DNA of 64,000 nucleotides from a virus (lineage: Duplodnaviria; Caudoviricetes). Positions within the stretch are counted from its first letter, which is position 1; the number at the start of each line of letters is the position of its first letter. The DNA is taken from the IMG/VR virus record IMGVR_UViG_3300048089_000093, positions 1 to 64,000 of that record. One strand, given 5' to 3'. Of this stretch, positions 34,727 to 44,294 are shown one piece after another. Below the pieces are notes generated by a model that did not search any database, had not been told where the DNA came from, and saw only the letters and a program-made list of their open reading frames with translations. Position numbers and translations under genes: made by a program.

Positions 34727-35317
34727 ATGCCGAAGCTGAATCCGTACGTAATCCTCGCCGAGCTGGCAATCGTGCTCGGGCTGTGTTTTGGGTCTTACCA
34801 GTGGGGAAGTCACAACGAAAGCCTCGTGTTCGAGGCGTATAAGTCGCAGCAGGCATCCAAGGCCGAGGAGCAGGTCGCGGACAACAAGGGTGCATTGCTG
34901 GATCAGGAGCGGCAGCAGAGCGCTGCGCTCGCGAAGATAGTTCAAGACCAGAAGGGGAATATCAATGAAATCACTCAGCGCCGTGACGCTTTGCTTGCTG
35001 ACAATCAGCATCTTTCTCTGCAGCTGCGCCGGTTCCTCACCGGTTCCAGTAGCACAGCAGCTCTCGTGTCCAGCTCTACAGCCGGCACCCAAGGGCTTGA
35101 TGGAGCCAGTGACGCCGCATTTTCAGAGCGACTGGCAAAACTTTCTGAATTCAACACCGCCCAGTTCGGGGCCGCAGACCTCTACATTGCCCAGATCTCA
35201 GCCCTTCAAGCTGTCGTCGCCGAGGACCGCAAAATCTGCAACGGGGTACTGCCTGGTGTAGGGACGAAAAAAAGCGCCGACGCAGTCCCACCCACATCGG
35301 CGCAACCCCCAGCTTAG
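34727..35317 (+). CDS. inner-membrane spanin (Rz-like)
   Basis: N-terminal TM helix followed by coiled coil. Confidence 0.8.
   Translation: MPKLNPYVILAELAIVLGLCFGSYQWGSHNESLVFEAYKSQQASKAEEQVADNKGALLDQERQQSAALAKIVQDQKGNINEITQRRDALLADNQHLSLQLRRFLTGSSSTAALVSSSTAGTQGLDGASDAAFSERLAKLSEFNTAQFGAADLYIAQISALQAVVAEDRKICNGVLPGVGTKKSADAVPPTSAQPPA
34965..35261 (+). CDS. outer-membrane spanin lipoprotein (Rz1-like), nested
   Basis: Signal peptide with lipobox FLCSC, Pro-rich, fully embedded in the Rz gene in another frame. Confidence 0.8.
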   Translation: MKSLSAVTLCLLTISIFLCSCAGSSPVPVAQQLSCPALQPAPKGLMEPVTPHFQSDWQNFLNSTPPSSGPQTSTLPRSQPFKLSSPRTAKSATGYCLV

Positions 35318-35360
35318 CGGTTGCGCACTAACAGTCCGCGCAACCGTCCACCCTACCTGC

Positions 35361-35398
35361 AAAAGACCGGCGACCATCATCTGGTCGCCGGTCTTTTT
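35361..35398. terminator. bidirectional terminator where the two arms converge
   Basis: AAAAGACCGGCGACCA-TCATC-TGGTCGCCGGTCTTTT. Confidence 0.9.
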
Positions 35399-35434
35399 CG
35401 TCTGTGCCCTAGAGCACAAAACATCTGACCCTGC

Positions 35435-35764
35435 TTACTGCGTTTCTGGCTCGACAATCTGGAGCAGCGCCGAGCTGGCCGCCTGAGCCGCAGCCTTTAG
35501 AGCTTCCTTGTGAGTCTGATCGGGGAGTTCGTCAGCATTGGCTGACTCGACCGCGGCGCTGAGATTATCAGAGATAGCTTTCAACTCAGCGTTACCAAGT
35601 AGTCTAGGCTTAACCAAGGCTTGAAGATGAGGTTTCTTAAGCTCGTCATGAGCTTCGATGAGGGCTTGCAAGGCTCTACCCTCCCGGACTCTGTCGGAGT
35701 CCTCTGAGACTAGGAGGCGGTCCCTCAAAGTCACTAGCGAAGTTATTTCCAAGTCTGAAATCAT
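35435..35764 (-). CDS. orphan helical protein (109 aa), atypical codon usage
   Basis: AAGGA ribosome-binding site; many AGA/AGG/CTA/TTA codons. Confidence 0.55.
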   Translation of the reverse strand: MISDLEITSLVTLRDRLLVSEDSDRVREGRALQALIEAHDELKKPHLQALVKPRLLGNAELKAISDNLSAAVESANADELPDQTHKEALKAAAQAASSALLQIVEPETQ

Positions 35765-35775
35765 TTGGTCGTTCC

Positions 35776-36681
35776 TTAGATCGCCACTTGGGCGCGGATA
35801 ATACTCTGAGGATTGTATTTAGACAACCTCACGGCGCCAGGGCCGAACTCTAGCAATTCTTCAAGACTGTCAAACTTTCGGGGTGTGTGACCGATACCGC
35901 GCTCGATCTCGACGACTGGGCCATCTCCGAAGTAGTGGCAACCCGTGAACGGGGACGGCTCCCGGCGCAGCTGCTCGACGGCTTGCTCGCGGTGGTTCGA
36001 GTAGAGGTGGACGTCGCCGGCGGTCCAAATAAACCGGCCAGGCTTGAGGCCGACCAGATGAGCGACGATGTGACAAAGAAGTGCGTAAGATGCAAGATTA
36101 AAAGGAACGCCTAAGAAAATGTCGCAGCTGCGTTGATAAAGCTGCAAGTCTAACAAACCTGACGGCCTCACGCGGAATTGGAACAGGCAATGGCAAGGTG
36201 CGAGGGCCATTTTCCCTTGGTCAACATTCGCTTGAGGGGAGATTCGCTCGTCAGGGAGGTCCGTGACGTTCCAGGCGCTGATCACGTGGCGGCGGCTGTA
36301 CGGCCGCTCCTTAAGGTTGGCGAGCAACTCAGCGATCTGGTCGACGCTGCTGCCCTCCTCGCCCGGCCAGCCGCGCCACTGCGCGCCGTACACCGGTCCC
36401 AGCTCGCCGGCCTCGTCCTGCCACTCGTCCCAAATGGTCGTGCCGTACTTCTCGCGCAGCTCCTTGGCGCTGGTTGACCCGCTGAGCATCCAGAACAGTT
36501 CGCCTACGACTGCCTTCCAGGCGACTTTCTTGGTCGTCATCAGGGGGAACTCCTGTTGCAGGTCGACAACGATCTGGCGGCCAAAATCACTGTATGTGCC
36601 CACGCCGGTACGATCATTCTTGATCTCGTCGCCGCGTAGAAGCAGGTCGCGCAGCAGGTTCAGGTATTGGGTTTCCCACAT
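35776..36681 (-). CDS. thyA: thymidylate synthase
   Basis: [28 protein letters not shown] (catalytic Cys), [14 protein letters not shown] and GDVHLY motifs. Confidence 0.97.
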   Translation of the reverse strand: MWETQYLNLLRDLLLRGDEIKNDRTGVGTYSDFGRQIVVDLQQEFPLMTTKKVAWKAVVGELFWMLSGSTSAKELREKYGTTIWDEWQDEAGELGPVYGAQWRGWPGEEGSSVDQIAELLANLKERPYSRRHVISAWNVTDLPDERISPQANVDQGKMALAPCHCLFQFRVRPSGLLDLQLYQRSCDIFLGVPFNLASYALLCHIVAHLVGLKPGRFIWTAGDVHLYSNHREQAVEQLRREPSPFTGCHYFGDGPVVEIERGIGHTPRKFDSLEELLEFGPGAVRLSKYNPQSIIRAQVAI

Positions 36682-36707
36682 GGTATCGGTCCTTTCTTAA
36701 CGGTTTC

Positions 36708-37328
36708 TTAGGCTGCCTTCAGCAGCGTCTGTTGTTCAACGTAGGTGCCCCACTGATCCGCCATCGCAATCCCCACCCCGTCGTAGGTACGGCTGCGGAT
36801 CTTCCAGCGATCCTTGCCCGGCGATGCAAAGTGCACCTTGGGGGTACGTCCGTCGACGATGTCGGTCGGCGTGAGCGGCGGCAGGTTCTTGAGCCAGAAG
36901 CACGTGCGCTTCACCTCGCCGTGGCCGTGCTGCCAAGGCTGCAGCGAGAACGTGAAGTCGGCGCCGATGATTTCCTTTGCGTATTTGTGCATCACCGGGT
37001 TCTCCAGAGCGATGTGCTCGATGTCCGCGTTGAGCAGCATCTTGAAGAACTCGGCGCCCTCGCGCAGCTGGTCCCAGCGCTCGGGCCGCTTCGGGTCGTG
37101 CAGCCACCGCACGCCGCTGTTGCACAGGTACGTGCAGCTCGGGTGGGCGATCATCGCGTCGAAGCGGCCACGCTGCGCCAGCAGGTCGCGCACGTCGCCG
37201 CGGTAGTGGCGGTCGAGGTGTTTGCCCTCGCCGGGCTCGAAGTCGCATGAGATGACGTCGTGGCCTCGCTCGATGAGGGCGTCGCGCACGACGCCGGAAT
37301 ACTCACATGCCACAAGGAAGCGGGCCAT
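36708..37328 (-). CDS. compact DNA cytosine methyltransferase
   Basis: FLVACEYSGVV SAM-binding motif, AHPSCT (PC-type), LENP, QPWQHGH and KRTCFWLKNLP motifs. Confidence 0.75.
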   Translation of the reverse strand: MARFLVACEYSGVVRDALIERGHDVISCDFEPGEGKHLDRHYRGDVRDLLAQRGRFDAMIAHPSCTYLCNSGVRWLHDPKRPERWDQLREGAEFFKMLLNADIEHIALENPVMHKYAKEIIGADFTFSLQPWQHGHGEVKRTCFWLKNLPPLTPTDIVDGRTPKVHFASPGKDRWKIRSRTYDGVGIAMADQWGTYVEQQTLLKAA

Positions 37329-37699
37329 TATGCGGACCTCCCTTTGACTTCGGCGCGCGCGGCGAGCAGCGCGGTGTACAGGTTGCTGAGATGCTCCGCA
37401 GAGAACGTGCTCAACTCCTCGGCCCTCAACCCCTCCAGATCTCTCACCGCCCTGTACCTCGCGTTGCGCTCGCGAACGTGCTCGGTCACCGGCTCGACCT
37501 TCCTGTACGACTTCTGCAGTATGAGGTCGTCTTTGCGCGCGCGGCGCTCGCGAATGGTGCCTTCGTTGAAGACTAGCAGCGTTGCGGTCTCGCGGCTGAA
37601 CGTGACGATCTCGTAGGGCGTTTCGTACCGGTTGCCGATGAGTATGGCAGCCTGATCGCCGGGTTTAAGGGCTTTCGCCCATTCGTGGTTGTCGCTCAT
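37328..37699 (-). CDS. hypothetical protein
   Basis: Translationally coupled; GGAG ribosome-binding site. Confidence 0.6.
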   Translation of the reverse strand: MSDNHEWAKALKPGDQAAILIGNRYETPYEIVTFSRETATLLVFNEGTIRERRARKDDLILQKSYRKVEPVTEHVRERNARYRAVRDLEGLRAEELSTFSAEHLSNLYTALLAARAEVKGRSA

Positions 37700-38001
37700 C
37701 GGGTCTCCGTGACGATGGTTTCTGTTTTGTGCCGCGTGCAGTTTTTGCCGCACTGCTCCGTGTAGTTGCGCTCAGTAGTGACGACAGAGTTGGGGCACCG
37801 GGTGAAGTAGTGCGTGGTGCCCCGACCGCCGTCGTCTCGCCACGCATACACCTTGCAGCTGTCGACCTCCCGGACGATGTGAGGCTTCGACTCGGCGCGG
37901 TACTCCGCCTCCTGCGCGGCGTTCTGCGCCTTGCCCCAGTCGGAGAACTCGCAGCCGTAGATCAGGCCGGCAAGCACGGCCATAAATGCGATCGCGAACA
38001 T
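37696..38001 (-). CDS. putative lipoprotein (DUF4884-like)
   Basis: Signal peptide with LIYGC lipobox; EVDSCKVYAWRD...HYFTRC motif. Confidence 0.55.
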   Translation of the reverse strand: MFAIAFMAVLAGLIYGCEFSDWGKAQNAAQEAEYRAESKPHIVREVDSCKVYAWRDDGGRGTTHYFTRCPNSVVTTERNYTEQCGKNCTRHKTETIVTETR

Positions 38002-38867
38002 TAGACGGGCCTCCGTGCGAGAGCCTCCGTGGCGACCGCTGCGCCGTACGCGCGCAACTTGTCGGCCTGGTCGCCGTCCGGGTGGTAGCTCGACACGCCT
38101 GCCGACTGCCACAGAACATCGAGCACTCTCGGCGGCAGGTCGACGGAGGGCGCAGCCGGCGCCAGCTCTCCCAGCTGCGTGGTCATCGAATAGACACCAG
38201 CACCTACCTTAACCCTCCCCGTCACGATACCGGCGCGGTTCAGCGCTTCAAGATCCACGCGGTCCTCGGCGGGCTCGTCGAAGTTCCGCTCGATACCGTC
38301 CTGCACGAGCAGGATCACGTCATGCTTCGCGCCGGGGTGATCCATCGCTTCGGTGATCTTGCCGAAGATGCGGTGCTCTGCATCGTGGTCGCCGGTGCTC
38401 ACGTCGACCGAGACTTCCATGCCCTCGACCAGCTCCGCCAGTTGCTCGCGGGTAGGCGGCACGAAGTGGCTGATCGGCTCACCTTCGCCGTTCTCCGGAA
38501 GCTCGATATCGTCCCCAGTCGCGCTCTCATACAGCCGCACGTCCTCGCCGCAGAAGTGGCAGGCCCAGTACGGCTTCGTCTTGCTCGTGACCAGCAACCC
38601 TTCAGCGTCCTCCTCGCGGTAGAACTCGAACAGCTTCGGGTACGGCGTGACGTGCTCACAGCCCGAGTCGCAGCAGAACTCGAAGCCCGCGGGCGGCACG
38701 CATACGAAGCGTGGGCCGCTCCCCGCGCGCGAGAAGAACACAGCAGCCGGCCGCGACCACACCTGCCCGTCGTCGCTGCGATAGATGACGAGGATGTCGT
38801 GCGATGCTTCATCTTTGGCGAGCGTGACCAGATCGTATTCGCCGCCTTTGTAGTGTTTGAATTTCAT
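38001..38867 (-). CDS. DUF1653-like N-terminal domain fused to unknown domains
   Basis: MKFKHYKGGEY...VIYRS...VWSRPAAVF motif. Confidence 0.6.
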   Translation of the reverse strand: MKFKHYKGGEYDLVTLAKDEASHDILVIYRSDDGQVWSRPAAVFFSRAGSGPRFVCVPPAGFEFCCDSGCEHVTPYPKLFEFYREEDAEGLLVTSKTKPYWACHFCGEDVRLYESATGDDIELPENGEGEPISHFVPPTREQLAELVEGMEVSVDVSTGDHDAEHRIFGKITEAMDHPGAKHDVILLVQDGIERNFDEPAEDRVDLEALNRAGIVTGRVKVGAGVYSMTTQLGELAPAAPSVDLPPRVLDVLWQSAGVSSYHPDGDQADKLRAYGAAVATEALARRPV

Positions 38868-38868
38868 C

Positions 38869-41052
38869 TCAGATCTCCACGATATTTTGGAACACCTCTT
38901 CCGTGCCGCTTTCATGCGTAATCACGATCGTCTGCCCGAAGCCGGCGCTCGCTGCGAACGCGAGGCACGCCTGCGTACGATCCGCGCTGCACGCGCTGAA
39001 CGGCTCGTCGAGCACCAGCATGTCGGCGCCGGGCACGAAGACCTTGGTCAGGCCGACGCGGATGCCGAGCCCCAGCAGGTCCAAGGCGCTGCCGCTGTAG
39101 CTCGTGTAGGGCTTGCCATTGATCAGGAACGTCTTGCCCTCCCGCGTGACCTCAGACGGCTCACGGCGCATGCGCGTGAGGTACGTCGAGACTGCGCTCA
39201 GGATCATGTTCCAGAGCTGGTTGCCCACCACCGGCCGAGCGCGGCGCAACGCTGCGATCAGGTCGTTGTTGAACTGATACTTCGCAGCCTTCGCTTCGTC
39301 CTCAGCCAGCAGTTGCTTCAGGCGCGCGAGCATCTGCTTGTGACGCGCCTCGTTTTCCGTGAGCGACTTCAGCTGGCCCTGAAGCTCGCCGAGGCTGCCC
39401 GTGATGTCATTCAGCTTCGCGCGCAGCGTTGCGTTCTGCTGCTCCAGCTTTTCGATCAGTTCGTTCAGCTGACCCTCGGTCTCGTCGCGCTTCGTCTTGC
39501 GGTGCTCCGCCAGCTCGTAGCGCGCGTCGTCGAGGCGCTTGGCAGCCTGCTCAGCCGCAGATCGGGCAGCCGCGATGTCGCTCTCCGCGCGCTGGATGCT
39601 GCGTACCTCCTGCTCAATGCGCGCGATCCCCGGGGTGCTGTCGTGCTGAGCGCCTTCCGTATCCTTCGGGCCGATCCACTTCATGCGGAACGGTACGAAC
39701 GTCGAGTCGATCTCGAACAGGTCGGGAAACTGGAGTGCGGTCTCGAAGCGCGGCGTGCGCAGGATCGCCTCGCCTGCCTCGACGCTCTCCGTCGCCTCCG
39801 TAAGCGCGGCGACGAGTTCGTGCCGGGCGCGATCGAGCGCCTCGATGTCCACGTACCAGGCGCTGATCTGCGCCTGCAGCGCGTCGTTCTTCGTCTTGAC
39901 TTCAGGAAGCTGGCTCACGTCCTTGCCGCAAAGCCCGCAGGCGCTTGATGTGATCTTCTGGCTCTGAGCGACGGCGATCTTCTTCTCTAGCGCAGCCTTT
40001 GCGCTGGTGTTATCCAGCAGGTCGTTCCTGCGCGCAGACGCAGCGGCACGGTGCTCGTTGATGAACTCGCGCAGCCCCTCCTCGCCGGTCTCCGACCACT
40101 CCGTTTCCGGCGCCACGTACGCGTCGAACTTCCGCTTCGCTGCAACCACCGACGCCCACTGCTTCTCCTGCTCCAGCTCGCGGCGCAGCTGCACGAGCTG
40201 AGGCTCCAGATCCGACATCTTGGGTAGCTGCCCGAACGCCGTGATCTGCGAGGTGACCTTCTCGAACGCTTCGGCGTGATCCTGCTCTGCGCGGGCGACG
40301 TTGCGGCCAAGCTGCGTCTCGGCTGCGAAGTATTGGCCCAGCTCGCGCAACCGCGTGCGGGCCTCCTTGAGCGGCTCCACGCGCTTGTTCAGCGCCTCGA
40401 CGTACTCGGCCTGCTTTGCGACCAGCGGCGCGATGCTCGTGTTGATGTCGGCAATCGCAGCTGCGTGGTCGACTGCCTCAGCGTCCGCGATCTGCTCGCG
40501 CGTCGACGCGATGCGGTCGTCGATCGTGCCGGTCGGGCCGCATTCGCCCTTGCCTTCAATCTGCCCGATGATCCACTCGACGATGTCCAGGCCGCTCATC
40601 TTCTCGATGAACTCGACCGCCTTGGTGTTGCCCTCATCGAGCAGGCCGCCGATCTCCTTCTGGCCGGCGAACGACATCTTCTCGACGATATCGAGCGGCG
40701 CGCCGAACTGTTCGGTGAACCACGCGGTGACCTCGTTCTGGCCGGTGACGGTCGGCTTCGGTGCGTCGGCCGGCACGTAGATCTCCGCGCCGTTCTTGCC
40801 GCGCGTGGCACGCACCGAGATACCGTTGAACGTGAACACGCCTTCGACCTTCGTCGAACTGGCCTTCGCGCCCCACGTCGTGAAGTCGCTGTTACGGCAG
40901 CGCTTGGAGCCGCCCATCAGGTACATCACCGACTCGATGATGGTCGTCTTGCCTGCTTCGTTCTCGCCGCGCAGTGCGGTGTTGCCGGGCAGAAAGTGGA
41001 CCGCCTTGCTGGTGTGCTGGCGGAAGTTGGTGAGGTGGATTGAGTTAAGCAT
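38869..41052 (-). CDS. SbcC/Rad50-like ATPase (gp46-like)
   Basis: GENEAGKT Walker A, long coiled coil with CGLC zinc hook, YSGS signature, LVLDEP Walker B. Confidence 0.9.
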   Translation of the reverse strand: MLNSIHLTNFRQHTSKAVHFLPGNTALRGENEAGKTTIIESVMYLMGGSKRCRNSDFTTWGAKASSTKVEGVFTFNGISVRATRGKNGAEIYVPADAPKPTVTGQNEVTAWFTEQFGAPLDIVEKMSFAGQKEIGGLLDEGNTKAVEFIEKMSGLDIVEWIIGQIEGKGECGPTGTIDDRIASTREQIADAEAVDHAAAIADINTSIAPLVAKQAEYVEALNKRVEPLKEARTRLRELGQYFAAETQLGRNVARAEQDHAEAFEKVTSQITAFGQLPKMSDLEPQLVQLRRELEQEKQWASVVAAKRKFDAYVAPETEWSETGEEGLREFINEHRAAASARRNDLLDNTSAKAALEKKIAVAQSQKITSSACGLCGKDVSQLPEVKTKNDALQAQISAWYVDIEALDRARHELVAALTEATESVEAGEAILRTPRFETALQFPDLFEIDSTFVPFRMKWIGPKDTEGAQHDSTPGIARIEQEVRSIQRAESDIAAARSAAEQAAKRLDDARYELAEHRKTKRDETEGQLNELIEKLEQQNATLRAKLNDITGSLGELQGQLKSLTENEARHKQMLARLKQLLAEDEAKAAKYQFNNDLIAALRRARPVVGNQLWNMILSAVSTYLTRMRREPSEVTREGKTFLINGKPYTSYSGSALDLLGLGIRVGLTKVFVPGADMLVLDEPFSACSADRTQACLAFAASAGFGQTIVITHESGTEEVFQNIVEI

Positions 41053-41245
41053 TTTTATTGTCCTTGGCGATACGTGCGATGCGAGTCACGTCATCAGTGC
41101 GTACGCGGAAAGTGTTGTCCTTGTCGACCAGCGCAAAACGACTCACACGCCAACCGGTCGCGCTGCACACGCGTTGAATGAACTCCTGTTCTTCAGCCTC
41201 GCGTGTCAGCTCCGGGTACTCGTCATAGTGGCCGGGGTTAGACAT
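41045..41245 (-). CDS. hypothetical protein (66 aa)
   Basis: Overlaps both neighbouring genes; GGAG ribosome-binding site. Confidence 0.5.
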   Translation of the reverse strand: MSNPGHYDEYPELTREAEEQEFIQRVCSATGWRVSRFALVDKDNTFRVRTDDVTRIARIAKDNKNA

Positions 41246-42311
41246 CCTCGGTCTCCTTGCGCGTCGCAACGATCGCGTCCACAGCCCCTTGCTGCTCGGG
41301 CGTCAGGTTGTCCTTCAGGAAGGTCAGCACGTCGAACCGCTGCACGTTCTCGACCGCCTCCAGCGCGCTCACGTCCATCGAGCGGCCGTCGACTTCCACC
41401 GCGTTGGTGATGACGAACGCGTTGTGCGACTTGCGCAGCGTCGACACCGCGGCGAGCACGTCGGCCGCCTGCTCGGCCGTCGCTTCGCCCTTCACGCGGA
41501 TGAACTCGATCTCGGCCGGCACGGTGCTGAGCTTCGTCCAGTCGACTTCCATGTAGCTGCCGCGGTCTTCCCACGTCGTGATCGTCGTCATGCTGTGCTG
41601 CTCGACACGCAGCGCCCGCTTCGTGCTGTTGCCCAGGCAGTCCGAGATCGACGTCGGGAACTGGTTGCCCACCACGAACACGCCGCTCGCCTCCTGACGC
41701 TGCTGGTGCTCGTGGCCGAAGATGATCGACTTCACGCCGGCGCGGTGCAGGCGTTCGGCCTGAACCTTCGACATGTTCAGCGAGTGGTCCGCTTCTTCAG
41801 CGAAGCCGTTGTCGAAGTTCGCGTGCACGAACAGGTAGGGCCGCGGGTTCTTTCCGATGTCGTCGAGCGCAAGGTTGAACAGCTCCTGATTCGGCAGGTG
41901 CGGAAGAATCCACACCGGGCCTGCGTCAGTGATCACCTGCTCATAGTCGATGACGACGATCACGCGCTCGATGCCGAGCGCTGCCGTGAGCATCGAGCCG
42001 AACACGTCGAACGAGCTGAGCTTCTCGCTGTTCTTCGAGATGTCGTGGTTGCCGCGCGAGAGGATCAACTTGCGGATCTTGCCGAGGCGGAACGCGTCGA
42101 GCACTGTGTTGAACGCGCGAACGAGGTCGTTGTTCGAGATGATGAAACCGTCGAACAGGTCGCCATTGATGAGCACGTCCTCGTCAGGCTCAGCCAGATC
42201 GAGCAGCTGCGCGAAGCAGTCGTGCGCGTAATTGCTCAGCAGGGCGTAGGAGATCGGCGTAGTGCCGCCGGTACGGTGTGGTCCGATGTGCAGGTCGTTG
42301 AGTGTCAGCAT
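41238..42311 (-). CDS. SbcD/Mre11-like metallophosphoesterase (gp47-like)
   Basis: DLH, GDLFD, GNHD and GHEH motifs. Confidence 0.88.
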   Translation of the reverse strand: MLTLNDLHIGPHRTGGTTPISYALLSNYAHDCFAQLLDLAEPDEDVLINGDLFDGFIISNNDLVRAFNTVLDAFRLGKIRKLILSRGNHDISKNSEKLSSFDVFGSMLTAALGIERVIVVIDYEQVITDAGPVWILPHLPNQELFNLALDDIGKNPRPYLFVHANFDNGFAEEADHSLNMSKVQAERLHRAGVKSIIFGHEHQQRQEASGVFVVGNQFPTSISDCLGNSTKRALRVEQHSMTTITTWEDRGSYMEVDWTKLSTVPAEIEFIRVKGEATAEQAADVLAAVSTLRKSHNAFVITNAVEVDGRSMDVSALEAVENVQRFDVLTFLKDNLTPEQQGAVDAIVATRKETEDV

Positions 42312-42889
42312 TGTTCTGTTTCCTTTCCTGCGTTGATGAAGCACTCGCGGTAGCGCGCGAGGAACTGTTCGTACGCGATCTCGGGGATCATCGGCTCGTC
42401 GATGTGGAACTTGTCGATTGCTTCGCAGCCGTAGACTCCGAGCAGCGAGCCCCACGCGTCCGTGTTGTGCATGATGTCGCGCTGCTCAATTGCGAGAGCG
42501 ATCAGGTCAGCAGTGCGCGTGCCGTGCTCGTTGAACACCGCACCCGGCGCGAGCCGATCCATCAGGTAACGCTGCACCTCAGCCTCGATCTCGACGTACC
42601 CCGGCAGCAGGCTCTTGAGCGGCGAGGTAATGTCACCCAGCAGCGCCTCGCTCGCGTCGTGCATCAGGCCGCCGAACACGACGCTCGCGGGCGCGTCTGC
42701 ACGCTGCAGGATGTCGGCCACGAGGATGCTGTGCTCAGCGACGCTATAGAAGCGTTCACACTGCCCTGCGAACCGGCACACGTTGGACAGACCCTTGGCG
42801 ATATCGGGGATCTCGACTTCGTTCGACCAGATGTTCGTGAAGTCGAAGTAGCGGCCGGTGAAGGTGATGATGTCTTTGCGGATAGTCAT
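42305..42889 (-). CDS. HD-domain phosphohydrolase (YfbR/5'-deoxynucleotidase-like)
   Basis: CRFAGQ...YSVAEHS...LMHDASEA..GDI motifs. Confidence 0.85.
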   Translation of the reverse strand: MTIRKDIITFTGRYFDFTNIWSNEVEIPDIAKGLSNVCRFAGQCERFYSVAEHSILVADILQRADAPASVVFGGLMHDASEALLGDITSPLKSLLPGYVEIEAEVQRYLMDRLAPGAVFNEHGTRTADLIALAIEQRDIMHNTDAWGSLLGVYGCEAIDKFHIDEPMIPEIAYEQFLARYRECFINAGKETEQC

Positions 42890-44253
42890 GCGATCACTCC
42901 CGGTGCCGCCACCAGATCGCGGAACTTGATCTTGCGTGCATGCCGCAGCGCGCCGCTCGGCATCGTGCCGTTGCTTTCCACGTCGATCAGACGGCCGATT
43001 ACATAGAACTCGGAGTCAGGCACCGCCACGTGCTCCGTGACCACACGCAGGCCCGTAGCCTTGTCCTGAGCGATGCTCGTCCACTTCACAGGTTGCCCCG
43101 TGTGAGCTGCCCATATCAGCGCGCGTTCTTCAGGGGTCCAGCCGCCGCCAACGTTCGAGGGCACACCGTTCTTCGTGACCACGACGCCGCCGAGCGAGTG
43201 TTCGAACTGGCCGCCGACTTCACCGCCGTACACCGCACCGATCTCCAGCGTGTCGGCATCTTCGCCCTTCAGCTTCAACCAGTCCGCGCTGCGCTTCTTC
43301 GAGTAGCGCGACGCTGCGTTCTTGAACACGCCGCCTTCGAAGCCCGCGTCCATCCACGCGTCGCCCATAGCGAGCATCGCGGTCGCGTCATCACCGAACG
43401 ACGTGTGCGACAGGTAGCGCACGTTTTCCGGCTCGTTGCCGCGGAAGTAAGCCTGCAGCTCCAGCAACCGATCTTCAAGCGCTGCGCCAACCACATCGCC
43501 GCCGCGCGTATCGTTGAACAGGTCGAACGGGATGATGTCGAAGCACTGCAGGATCGTGGTCGACTTCAGGCTCTCGATGTTGACCGTGCGGCGCAGCTGC
43601 CCGATCGAGTCGAGGAAATCCACGCCCACGCCCTCAGCGTCGACCACGAGGTGCCGGCCGCCGAACACTTCAAGCACCTGCGGCTCCAGATGCTTCAGCG
43701 CCGGGATTTCGTTACCGCTGCGGGTGAAAAATGTCGCGCTGTTGTCGCGCACTACGGCCAGCGAACGCATGCCGTCGAACTTGATCGAGCCGAGCCAGTT
43801 GGAACCCGGCTTGATGCGCTTCGCTTCGAACGGCTTGGCGAGCGCACAGGTGAATACCGGGATGTGGAAGTCGAGACCGAGCTGGTTGATCGTCTTGATG
43901 CCGACGCCGCACTTCAGCTCCTTGTCGAGCGCGCGGTTCAGCAAGTCCACAGCGATCTGGCTGTAGTGCTGGCCGAAGTTCATCAGCGCCGTCTTCGCAG
44001 CGTTGCCGGTGATCTCGCGTTGAGCGAGCGAGTCGAGCAGCGTGTAGCAGCCCTCATCCCATTCGCACTGACCGCCGCCCCACGCGACCTTGCCCTTCTG
44101 GCCGTAGGTGATGCTGGGGTCGAGCACGGCCATGATGTAGCGCCGCACGTTGTCGCCGGCGGGGCCGTTGTAGGAGAGCAGGCTTTTGACTTTAGATTCG
44201 AGAGCGCTGCCGCTGACTGATGCGAACTGGCTCAGGACGTCGTAGATACTCAT
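42886..44253 (-). CDS. ATP-dependent DNA ligase
   Basis: KFDGMR adenylation motif, VDAEG, CFDII, EGGVFK and WLKLK motifs. Confidence 0.92.
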   Translation of the reverse strand: MSIYDVLSQFASVSGSALESKVKSLLSYNGPAGDNVRRYIMAVLDPSITYGQKGKVAWGGGQCEWDEGCYTLLDSLAQREITGNAAKTALMNFGQHYSQIAVDLLNRALDKELKCGVGIKTINQLGLDFHIPVFTCALAKPFEAKRIKPGSNWLGSIKFDGMRSLAVVRDNSATFFTRSGNEIPALKHLEPQVLEVFGGRHLVVDAEGVGVDFLDSIGQLRRTVNIESLKSTTILQCFDIIPFDLFNDTRGGDVVGAALEDRLLELQAYFRGNEPENVRYLSHTSFGDDATAMLAMGDAWMDAGFEGGVFKNAASRYSKKRSADWLKLKGEDADTLEIGAVYGGEVGGQFEHSLGGVVVTKNGVPSNVGGGWTPEERALIWAAHTGQPVKWTSIAQDKATGLRVVTEHVAVPDSEFYVIGRLIDVESNGTMPSGALRHARKIKFRDLVAAPGVIA

Positions 44254-44294
44254 TGCGGGTTCCTTTGGGTGGGTAAAGGAGTTGTGGGGGTGAA

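Noticed and set aside
42305-42889. 2-aminoadenine (Z-genome) pathway
   Set aside because: HD and MazG-like genes are common in phages; the diagnostic PurZ is absent from the window.
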